64,000 nucleotides of DNA from IMG/VR virus record IMGVR_UViG_3300028048_000042, one strand, 5' to 3'. The notes below the pieces were generated by a model, which made no database searches, was not told the origin of the DNA, and saw only the letters and a program-made list of their open reading frames with translations. Shown piece after piece: positions 18,187 to 26,747 of the stretch (positions within the stretch are counted from its first letter, which is position 1; every line of letters begins with the position of its first letter). This DNA comes from a virus. Its lineage: Duplodnaviria; Caudoviricetes. The translations under genes were made by a program, and so were the position numbers.

Positions 18187-19020
18187 ATGTCTGCAAAAAT
18201 TTTATATGGAAAAGAGTACGCCGATAAGATTAAGCAAGAAGTAAAAGACTACATTAATAATAAAAATGTAGGACTTGCTGTTATTATTGTAGGTAGTGAC
18301 CCTGCTAGTCAAGTGTATGTTCGCAATAAAGCAAAAGCATGTGATGAAGTAGGTATTACAAGTACAACAATTGAATTGCCTGAGGAAAGTACAAAAGAAG
18401 CAATTATTGCTGAAATTCACGCATTGAATAATAATGATAATATTTCAGGTATTCTTGTACAGTTACCGTTACCAAAACATTTGCGTGAATTTGAACAGGA
18501 GATTTTAGATGAAATCTCCCCAAAAAAAGACGTAGATGGATTTTTGCCGATAAATGTTGGTAAACTTGGTATTGGCTTAGATTGTGTTGCTCCATGTACT
18601 CCATCAGGTGTTATTAAAATGCTTGAAATGGAAAATATAGATTTTAATGGCAAAAATGCTGTTGTGATTGGTCGTAGCAATATTGTTGGGAAGCCAATGG
18701 CAAATATGCTATTGAAGAAGAATTGCACCGTAACAATTTGTCATTCTCGTACACAGAATTTGAAGTATTATACAAAAAATGCTGATATTGTTGTGGTAGC
18801 AGTTGGTCAACCTAATTTTTTGACTGATGACATGATTAAGAAGGGTGCTATCGTTGTTGATGTGGGCATTAATCGTGTAGATGGCAAACTTGTTGGTGAC
18901 GTTAATTTTGAAACGGTTAAAGAAAAAGCAAGTATGATTACTCCTGTACCAAAAGGTGTCGGTGCATTAACAATTGCAATGCTTTTACATAACACAATGA
19001 TGTTGGATAAAAGAAAGTAA
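18187..19020 (+). CDS. folD: bifunctional methylenetetrahydrofolate dehydrogenase/cyclohydrolase
   Basis: YVRNK, GILVQLPLP, KDVDG, PCTP, GRSNIVGKP, VDVGINR and TPVPKGVG motifs. Confidence 0.97.
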   Translation: MSAKILYGKEYADKIKQEVKDYINNKNVGLAVIIVGSDPASQVYVRNKAKACDEVGITSTTIELPEESTKEAIIAEIHALNNNDNISGILVQLPLPKHLREFEQEILDEISPKKDVDGFLPINVGKLGIGLDCVAPCTPSGVIKMLEMENIDFNGKNAVVIGRSNIVGKPMANMLLKKNCTVTICHSRTQNLKYYTKNADIVVVAVGQPNFLTDDMIKKGAIVVDVGINRVDGKLVGDVNFETVKEKASMITPVPKGVGALTIAMLLHNTMMLDKRK

Positions 19021-19059
19021 AAAAAAGTATGGTAGAAAAAATCTACCATACTTTTTTTT
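19019..19059. terminator. bidirectional intrinsic terminator between convergent genes
   Basis: aaaaaagtatggtaga-loop-tctaccatacttttttt. Confidence 0.85.
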
Positions 19060-19462
19060 ATTTTTCTAATTCAACTTTAAACGAAATGTGGTCTTCAAAG
19101 GCACGAGCAGATACCGTAGCTTTATATTTATAAGAAGTCTCAATTTCATTAAATGCTAAAGCACCGATTTCGTCTTTTTTGGAAACCATGTAGTTCATTA
19201 AGTCTTTGCCCAATTTGCGTTTATTTTCAGTAGTAAGACCTGTAAATCCGATGTCGGTAGCATTTGCGAGGTCATCTAAATCAATTGTAACGACTGTAGA
19301 ATATTTATTTTCGCCGTCTTCAGAAAGAACGCCAACGTAAGGGCGACAATCGTGAATTGTCTGCTGTTCGAGTACCCACTGTTTACGTTCATTAAGGCAT
19401 TCATCATACTTACTGTTATCTTCAGCAATGCGAATAAGTCTCTGTTTAATTACATTACTCAT
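19058..19462 (-). CDS. hypothetical protein with KQRLIRIA leader
   Basis: start reassigned to MSNVIK after aaggag SD; the longer track ORF overlaps the terminase. Confidence 0.7.
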   Translation of the reverse strand: MSNVIKQRLIRIAEDNSKYDECLNERKQWVLEQQTIHDCRPYVGVLSEDGENKYSTVVTIDLDDLANATDIGFTGLTTENKRKLGKDLMNYMVSKKDEIGALAFNEIETSYKYKATVSARAFEDHISFKVELEK

Positions 19463-19526
19463 AAAATATAAACTCCTTTTAAAAACAAATTTTACACTAA
19501 AAATATATTTAACAAAAGTATTAATA

Positions 19527-21620
19527 TTATCTCCATCTATATCTTCCATGACCTGCTTTTGGCATAGTGGAGCGTTGACCTGAATTCGTAGCGAAGTTAG
19601 CCAAAACGTCAGCATCACAAACGTCATCATGATAACCTGAAGGGGCTTCAATTTTTTTATTAACAGAAAAACCTGTAGTAGTCTGTTCAAGGTCAGCCCA
19701 TTCACCAATCATACGGTGATAATAATTAACGTTATCTTTACCTGCGCATTTTGTTGGTGAATTTAAGAATCTTTCTTTTGTAGGGTAGAAGAAACGACCA
19801 TTATCAAGTTCTTGTCGCCATTTGCCGTACATGGCATTTTTCATATTCATACCTGAATTGGTATATCTATCACGAGAGTTGAAGATGATACCTTCTACAT
19901 TACGCATACCATATTCATCTTGTAAAGTTTGAACAACTGCCGCACCACAGCCTGTATAATCAGCAAAGATTTTTGAACATTTAAATCTAGGATTTGCGCC
20001 ACCTAAAAGTCCTGCTATATAGTACATTTGTTCAGGATAAGTAGCATCTTTAAATTCTTTACCAAATACTTTATTTTTAGTACCATCACGATTAATACGA
20101 AGGACAGAGATTTGGGTAGCATCACCTTCAGGATTAGCACCTGCAAAGTCGATACCTGCCACATAATGTTCACCAATAATACCGTGGTCTAGCCAATCGA
20201 ATTCACCTGAACGCATTTTATCTACTTGAACTGAAGTAAGGAATTTACCTGCGCCATCAATGAATTCAAGCATGTACTGAGTACGGAAGTCTTCAATATC
20301 CAAGTTTCCTTCTGTCCAAACTTCAGGATTATTTGGGAACATTTCTTCTTTTAGAGCTTTAGGCATTGCCTGCTCTACAATAAACTTTGAATACGGACGA
20401 ACGATACCTGTTTTGGGGTCAGGAAGATAAATAGCACCCAAAGCCCAAGATTGAGCACATTGAGTCCAATCACGTTTAATAACAGTCCATTTATTACTAG
20501 CTTTACCTTCTACACAGTCATAGAAATGATTTCTAGTTTTAGGAGTACCAATTTTGACCAACTTAGCGTTTGTAGCACCGCCCATAGGTACAATTCGCTC
20601 TGACCAAGTATAATCAGAAACTTTTTGAGCCTCATCCAATACGATAACATCAAATGTCAAACCTTCGATATTGGATTGGTCAGAAGCAGAAACGGCACAT
20701 ACATAAGAACCATTATCTAATTCGACTTTATCTTTTGTTATTTTGACAATTTTGTGATTTAATTTATCTTCGTTCATTTGGAAGAATGTAGATAAACGTC
20801 CAATAGAAACTTCTGCCTGTTGCAAACGTGGTGTAAAAATACCAATGCGCATACAAGGGAAATTGTCAATTAAGAATCCACAGAATGAAGAAATAGATTC
20901 AGTGTTATGTACTACGGTATAGTCTTCAAGCATGAACAATTTATCTTCACTATCTAAGGTAAAACCGTAGTAATTTGCTTTTCTCTTTTTTACAACAATG
21001 AATCTATATTTTGTGAAGCTAGTTAAATCTTTAGACATTCTCCATCCAAAAAGATTTTCTCTTGTTTCTTTTTTTAATTTTAAATAATCTTTTATATTGA
21101 TATTTACAATATGATTATCAAAAGTCATCAATGATAAAATGTGAGACTCGTTAACTGTGTATTCAGAGTTATCAAAACCTTGAATTTTATACATAGTTTC
21201 TTTGCCACGCCCTAAATCAATAACTGTTGTGATATTACCAAATGGAGAAATTAATTTATCACCAACTTTGATGTCTTCAACTTTTTTTATTGATTTATCA
21301 GCCATCAAAATTTTTGTACCTTTGGCAAAGCATTTACCTGCCTGACGAGACATCATGCCTGCAACCATTTTTAATTTTGGATTGCAGACAGCACGAATAA
21401 GTGCTGTTTGATTCTCATGTAATTTTTGAAATTTTATAGGTAAATGACCACGTAATACATTTTCCACGTATTCAATAGGGTCAATTCGATTTAAAAATTT
21501 ATGATACATGAAATCATCTAATGGCATACCGTTAATTGTATTGTCTTGGCTTACTAAAGAGATTTCATCTTTGATTGCAGATACATTGTCTTGTATATGA
21601 ATCAATGAATTATTTTCCAT
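19527..21620 (-). CDS. terL: terminase large subunit containing a mini-intein
   Basis: SRQAGK|T Walker A, VLDEAQ Walker B, AGIDFA RNase-H nuclease motif, DYTGCG and HDDVCDA; start MENNSL after aaggag SD. Confidence 0.93.
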   Translation of the reverse strand: MENNSLIHIQDNVSAIKDEISLVSQDNTINGMPLDDFMYHKFLNRIDPIEYVENVLRGHLPIKFQKLHENQTALIRAVCNPKLKMVAGMMSRQAGKCFAKGTKILMADKSIKKVEDIKVGDKLISPFGNITTVIDLGRGKETMYKIQGFDNSEYTVNESHILSLMTFDNHIVNINIKDYLKLKKETRENLFGWRMSKDLTSFTKYRFIVVKKRKANYYGFTLDSEDKLFMLEDYTVVHNTESISSFCGFLIDNFPCMRIGIFTPRLQQAEVSIGRLSTFFQMNEDKLNHKIVKITKDKVELDNGSYVCAVSASDQSNIEGLTFDVIVLDEAQKVSDYTWSERIVPMGGATNAKLVKIGTPKTRNHFYDCVEGKASNKWTVIKRDWTQCAQSWALGAIYLPDPKTGIVRPYSKFIVEQAMPKALKEEMFPNNPEVWTEGNLDIEDFRTQYMLEFIDGAGKFLTSVQVDKMRSGEFDWLDHGIIGEHYVAGIDFAGANPEGDATQISVLRINRDGTKNKVFGKEFKDATYPEQMYYIAGLLGGANPRFKCSKIFADYTGCGAAVVQTLQDEYGMRNVEGIIFNSRDRYTNSGMNMKNAMYGKWRQELDNGRFFYPTKERFLNSPTKCAGKDNVNYYHRMIGEWADLEQTTTGFSVNKKIEAPSGYHDDVCDADVLANFATNSGQRSTMPKAGHGRYRWR
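20904..21332 (-). mobile_element. mini-intein (143 aa, no homing endonuclease) in the terminase Walker A motif
   Basis: begins CFAKGT, has block B TVNESH, ends VVHN followed by T. Confidence 0.92.
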
Positions 21621-21716
21621 ATAATATTGCTCTCCTTTTGTAAAAGGTTTTAACATAAAAAATATAACAGTTTCTATATTTTTTATGTGGTATAATGAAA
21701 AAAAATTCATGGAGGT

Positions 21717-22133
21717 TTGTATATGATAAGTATATATCAAAAATTCAAAGAAACAATGAAAGAATTATCGAAAAAAGCAGAAATTACTTGGATAAAAAAT
21801 AATTATACTCCTTTAAATGGTGTAGGAGTAAAAGGAACATGGAATATCAACGTAACAGGAAATGCAGGTAGTGCAGATGTTGTCTCATGGGATGGTATTG
21901 AAAATAAACCAACATCTTTTACTCCTGTGCCACATAATCATGATAGCTCTTATCCTTCAAAAATAGGTAATGGGGCAAGCGGAACTTGGAATATTAATAT
22001 TACAGGAAATGCCAAAACAGCCAATAGTGCAAATAATGTATCTTGGGAAAATGTATCAAGTAAACCAAAACTTGTAATTGTAGAATCGTTTGATAAAGAA
22101 AATGGAGTGCTGAAATTAAAAAGTTTAAATTGA
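21717..22133 (+). CDS. tail-fibre-like repeat protein
   Basis: two GTWNINxTGNA...VSWxxxxxKP repeats typical of tail fibres. Confidence 0.7.
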   Translation: MYMISIYQKFKETMKELSKKAEITWIKNNYTPLNGVGVKGTWNINVTGNAGSADVVSWDGIENKPTSFTPVPHNHDSSYPSKIGNGASGTWNINITGNAKTANSANNVSWENVSSKPKLVIVESFDKENGVLKLKSLN

Positions 22134-22164
22134 TTATGGTATTTTTTTGAAAAATGTATAAAAG

Positions 22165-22707
22165 GTGTTTATTATGATTTATAATGGTGGTATTGAATTA
22201 AAAAATATTTTTTATTTTGGTAATGAATTGAAAAAAGTATATTGTGATAATAAATTGATTTACGAAAAAGAAAGTGATAATACTGTAATAGGCAAGAAAA
22301 CCGATTCAGGATGGGGTTGGTTTATTCCTCCATTTACACAACAAAATATGAATGCGAATCCGAACGTTGATGCAATAGTTTTAGGAAGACGTTTGGGTGG
22401 TCAAAATTTTAAACGTATTGCAAAAATTGATGAAATAGAAGTAAATATTCCATTCCCAACATCTTGGACAGTAATATATCCTATGGTAACAGGTAGGCGC
22501 GATGAGGTACATGGAACAACGTATTGGGCAACTTTTACAATTGGAATAAAAAATAATGATGTATTAGAATATTGTTTTTCATCTCCTAATTTAAACCAAG
22601 AACAGACTTTGTATGAATATGTTTCACAAATTAATAATAAACAGCTTGCAGAAAAACTAAACAAAGATTCACAATTAAACAAACCAATTTCAATAAACTT
22701 TGAATAA
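22165..22707 (+). CDS. hypothetical protein, possibly tail-fibre associated
   Basis: N-terminal ELKNIFYFGNELKKVY beta-repeat; start uncertain. Confidence 0.55.
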   Translation: MFIMIYNGGIELKNIFYFGNELKKVYCDNKLIYEKESDNTVIGKKTDSGWGWFIPPFTQQNMNANPNVDAIVLGRRLGGQNFKRIAKIDEIEVNIPFPTSWTVIYPMVTGRRDEVHGTTYWATFTIGIKNNDVLEYCFSSPNLNQEQTLYEYVSQINNKQLAEKLNKDSQLNKPISINFE

Positions 22708-22805
22708 AAATTTTAAAAATTTTTGAAAAATTTCAAAATTTTCTATTATTTTTTGAAATTTTCAGACTATTTTTCTATAATAATGGTGAAAGGAATTTAA
22801 AAAAT

Positions 22806-24029
22806 ATGAGCGAAACGAAATTAAAGAATGGGCTTACAATCGTCACGACACCTTTTGACAGTGAATTTGTAACAATTGCTTTTTATGTAAATAAAGGTGC
22901 TAGAGATGAAAAAGACGATGAATTGGGTATTGCACATTTAGTAGAACATATGGTTTTCAAAGGTACGATTAATCGTGATAGAAAACAGATATGGGCAGAC
23001 ATTCAGAAAAACGGAGGAATACTGAATGCTTGTACCACAGAAGATTATACAATGTTTTTTGTTCATTGTTTGAAAGAATATATGGACGAAGCATTGGATG
23101 TTATTTATGAACTTGTATTTCTTAATACAATTCCTGAAGAAGAATTTGAGTTAGAAAAATCTGTTGTTGTTGAAGAAGTTAAAATGTATGAAAATCAGAT
23201 AGAACAACAGGCATTGGTCTTACTCAATAAGACGTTATATCCCAACAATAAAAACAGATGGGATGTTGGTAGTACACCTGAAAATGTTTCAAAAATTACA
23301 AGAAAACAGGTAATTGATTTTATTAATCGTAATTATATTCCTCAAAATATCACTTTATATGTAGCAGGTGATGTAGAACAAAAACATTTTGTTGATAAAA
23401 TGGAAGATTATCTGAGGGATTTTGAATTCATTAAATCTTCTCCTGAAATTCGTGCAAAGAATATAAAATTAAATTTTGATAATGCAAAAGAGTCAAAAGA
23501 TGGGTCACAGTCAGCAATGATTGCTTATTATCCAATGAATCTCAAAAATAATAAAGAAGTTATTATGGATGAAATTTCAAATTATATTTTGGGTGATGGA
23601 TTTAACAGTCGTTTCATGACAATTCGTGAAGACTTCGGTTATGTATATAGTCTTGAATGTGATACAGATTTTGATGGATTTGACGAAGAAGGTTATTCTT
23701 TAGTTTTTACTCAATTAAATAGTCAGAATATTCCAAAAACAAAAGAAGTAATTGAAGGTATTTTGGATGAATACTGCAAGGATGGAGTTTCGGATGAAGA
23801 ATTTGAATGTGCAGTAAACAATATAAAATTCAAAATTAGAAAAAGCTTTGAAACAGTTAATAAGACTAACGAAACAATTATTGGTAATAGACAAAAAGGA
23901 ATTCCTGAAACAGAAAAAGAATTGATGAAACTCCTTAATTCGATTACAAAAGCAGATTTTGATAAATTTATTAAAGACAAATTTAAAGACGTAAAGGTTA
24001 ATTATATTATTGTAGAACAAACGAGGTAG
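22806..24029 (+). CDS. M16 family zinc peptidase (insulinase/pitrilysin-like)
   Basis: GIAHLVEHMVFKGT (HxxEH), NACT and EKSVVVEE motifs. Confidence 0.93.
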   Translation: MSETKLKNGLTIVTTPFDSEFVTIAFYVNKGARDEKDDELGIAHLVEHMVFKGTINRDRKQIWADIQKNGGILNACTTEDYTMFFVHCLKEYMDEALDVIYELVFLNTIPEEEFELEKSVVVEEVKMYENQIEQQALVLLNKTLYPNNKNRWDVGSTPENVSKITRKQVIDFINRNYIPQNITLYVAGDVEQKHFVDKMEDYLRDFEFIKSSPEIRAKNIKLNFDNAKESKDGSQSAMIAYYPMNLKNNKEVIMDEISNYILGDGFNSRFMTIREDFGYVYSLECDTDFDGFDEEGYSLVFTQLNSQNIPKTKEVIEGILDEYCKDGVSDEEFECAVNNIKFKIRKSFETVNKTNETIIGNRQKGIPETEKELMKLLNSITKADFDKFIKDKFKDVKVNYIIVEQTR

Positions 24030-24037
24030 GAATTTAC

Positions 24038-24682
24038 ATGAGCGAACAAGTGACTGAAAATTTTGATTTAGTTCCCCCATTTGAACCGTTATATGAATGT
24101 GTAAAACAGGATAAAAATAAAATTTGGTTTTTTTATGAAGAAAAAATTAATCGTTTAATTGGTTGGCTCAGTTGGATGAAAAATTTTGATAAAGATGAAT
24201 TGCTACAGCAAGCGTATCTTTATTATTATGATTTGTGTGAAACATATGACCCATATTATGAAGGAAAATTTTATAAATTTGACCGTTACTTGTTTAAGAA
24301 TTTAATTATCAAACTTCGTGCTTATATTCAGCGTTATTACTTTAAAGGTAATCGTGAAAAACCAAGTGATTGTGATTTCTTGTTGCAAGACCAAGTGTTT
24401 GATAACATTAAAGATACAGAGAGTGAAATGTATATGGATTACATTTACTCCTTGCTTGATGACAGACAACAGGAAGTTGTAAAAATGACATTGAATGGAT
24501 ATAAACAACAGGAAATTGGTAAACGATTGAATATTAGTCAGAGTCGTGTATCGGTAATCAAGAAAAAAGCTTTGAAGGATTTATTCTTAGTCATTGATGA
24601 AAATCATACGGATGAAGAAAAACGAGAGATGAAAATCAATGATTTGAAGGATTATCTATACGATAAAAAACAAAAAAAATAA
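24038..24682 (+). CDS. phage RNA polymerase sigma70-family factor
   Basis: DELLQQA region 2; LDDRQQEV...YKQQEIGKRLNISQSRVS region 4 HTH. Confidence 0.85.
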   Translation: MSEQVTENFDLVPPFEPLYECVKQDKNKIWFFYEEKINRLIGWLSWMKNFDKDELLQQAYLYYYDLCETYDPYYEGKFYKFDRYLFKNLIIKLRAYIQRYYFKGNREKPSDCDFLLQDQVFDNIKDTESEMYMDYIYSLLDDRQQEVVKMTLNGYKQQEIGKRLNISQSRVSVIKKKALKDLFLVIDENHTDEEKREMKINDLKDYLYDKKQKK

Positions 24683-24866
24683 TAGATTTCAAAAAAAGAG
24701 GTATTTTTTACCTCTTTTTTTTGCTTAGAATCACAAACATTAAGTAATATTATACTTTTATTAGGTTATTTTTTTTGTAGAATATTCTGTGCAAATGATA
24801 GTTCTTGTCAAAGGTTGATAGGAACTTTTGTTTTTGTTTTTCAGAATAAACACAATTTAAAACGAG

Positions 24867-25487
24867 GTGAAATTCGTGATTAAACGAGTTGCAGAAAGAC
24901 TTGATGACAGCACAATGAAACGAATCGCATCCGCAATCAAAGAAAAGCAGAACAAGTTGTTTTCTGTTGTGAAATCTGAAGCAGAAGCAAAAGAGATTGT
25001 GACCGATTTGAAAGTGAATGGTTATCAAGCAAATTATCAAAAGGTCGGTAGTTTGTATAAGGTTTTCTACTGTACACAGATTCCTCAGTACAAAGATACT
25101 CCTTTGGCAAACCAAGAAAGTTCAGCATATGCCAATTTTGCAAAAAGCGGTTTAACACAAGTTTTAAATAAACCTGCAAAATGTGCATTTGATGAAGGAA
25201 GTATATGGCACGTAAAAGAAATTGATGGTGTTCCATATATTGTAAAAGAAGTTGCAGAAGATAATGAAGATGTAGTTATTCGAAAAAAAGCAACTGCAAG
25301 TGCTAAAGAACAGTACAAAGGCGAATTGGACGTTTCGATTGTACAGTTATTGGCAAAAAAGAATATAATAATTTCGGCAAAGCTCGTAGATGAAATCAAA
25401 GATAAGGTTTTATCTAAAGCATTAAAAATGCCATCAATGCAGAAACTCATTGAAGAATACGCAACAAAGGAGTTCAATAATGGCTGA
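24867..25487 (+). CDS. hypothetical protein with KRVA/MKRIAS leader, probable virion protein
   Basis: 206 aa ORF heading a putative late operon. Confidence 0.6.
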   Translation: MKFVIKRVAERLDDSTMKRIASAIKEKQNKLFSVVKSEAEAKEIVTDLKVNGYQANYQKVGSLYKVFYCTQIPQYKDTPLANQESSAYANFAKSGLTQVLNKPAKCAFDEGSIWHVKEIDGVPYIVKEVAEDNEDVVIRKKATASAKEQYKGELDVSIVQLLAKKNIIISAKLVDEIKDKVLSKALKMPSMQKLIEEYATKEFNNG

Positions 25488-26352
25488 TAATGTCAAGAAA
25501 AGTAAACCTGAGAAACCAAAGGAATACGATTACGAACAGAATTTGAATTGGCGTGATGACGGTGATGAATTAGGAGATGCTTCTATGAACGATTATTTAA
25601 AAGGTTATCAGATTGAACCTTATGCCTTTCAACAGTGGGCGAACAAGAAAAACATTAAAATTGCTGCACAAGAAGTCATTAATATGCATTATTATCCTGA
25701 ATTCTTGGCAGACTACATTCTTACTCTATGGAATGGTACTGATGGTACTTTGCAGAATTATTTTGAAGGTTTCACATTGAGATATAACAACAATATGAAA
25801 CAGAGTATTGCAAATGAGTTGGCAAAGAAGGGATATAAAGTACATCCTATTCTTACAGATGACCGTGCTTATTATGCAAGCAAAGTAAATAAAATTGTGA
25901 AGAAAGCTAGTAAAACATCTATTGCTACAAAATTGGATATTGCTAGACAGATGTTTAAAGATAGCGAAGCGTTGAGACTTTGCCTTGGCGAAATTGCCGA
26001 TATTACAGAAATGGGTATTAAAGTATCAAAAAAACGTGTAGCTGATTTGATTGATTATTACAAAAATATTTTCCCTGAAGATTATGCACTTTGTTTGACA
26101 GATAATTTGGTTCAGGAACGTGAAGATAATGAGCTTGAACATTATAAAGATTTTAATTTGAGCGATGAAGCGTTAATGTCCATTGAAAATATGTTGAATG
26201 GTAATCGTGAACCATATTCACCAATGTATGATGGTGGTGATGGAGAAATGGGTTATGATTATATTTCTCAAATGCGTGGTTTTGATGGAGTAACCCCTGA
26301 ACAGTATGAGTTACCAACTGTTCGTTCTGCACGTTTAAAAAAAAAAGACTAG
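25480..26352 (+). CDS. hypothetical protein, probable virion protein
   Basis: start MADNV after aaggag SD. Confidence 0.65.
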   Translation: MADNVKKSKPEKPKEYDYEQNLNWRDDGDELGDASMNDYLKGYQIEPYAFQQWANKKNIKIAAQEVINMHYYPEFLADYILTLWNGTDGTLQNYFEGFTLRYNNNMKQSIANELAKKGYKVHPILTDDRAYYASKVNKIVKKASKTSIATKLDIARQMFKDSEALRLCLGEIADITEMGIKVSKKRVADLIDYYKNIFPEDYALCLTDNLVQEREDNELEHYKDFNLSDEALMSIENMLNGNREPYSPMYDGGDGEMGYDYISQMRGFDGVTPEQYELPTVRSARLKKKD

Positions 26353-26378
26353 GTGCTGATGCTATAGGGAATGTCCCA

Positions 26379-26732
26379 TTGAGCGAAGTTATGGATGCAA
26401 TACAGCAGGCTAGTAAAAATGTAAATATTTTATTGAAAGAAAAATTTGCTATTCCTCCTGTTCCAATTCGCAGCATTCGTAGACAGAAAAATAGGGCAAA
26501 AAGTAAAATTGATGATTTCTATACTGTTGTTAATGTTCCTGACATTCTTGATGTTTTTGAAGTTTGGAAATTGACACTAAATGATTCTGAGTATAGTGAA
26601 GTATTTGTAGTAATTTCAGCAACCTGTGAAATGGCAGGATATAAAAAAGCAAAATGGTCTAATGTAGAATATCGTGGTTTTTATAGTACAGTAGACGAAG
26701 CTATCCATGACATTTATGGGAATTTAGCGTAA
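26379..26732 (+). CDS. hypothetical protein
   Basis: 117 aa ORF in operon; start uncertain. Confidence 0.55.
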   Translation: MSEVMDAIQQASKNVNILLKEKFAIPPVPIRSIRRQKNRAKSKIDDFYTVVNVPDILDVFEVWKLTLNDSEYSEVFVVISATCEMAGYKKAKWSNVEYRGFYSTVDEAIHDIYGNLA

Positions 26733-26747
26733 GGAGCAATTGATAAG

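Noticed and set aside
19463-19708. N-terminal extensions given by the ORF track (also at 7493, 13013, 21740, 47952, 53773)
   Set aside because: They overlap neighbouring genes or promoters; downstream ATGs have clear SD sequences.
22708-22766. Replication origin from clustered A/T inverted repeats
   Set aside because: Low-complexity and explainable as a terminator; no iterons or initiator gene nearby.
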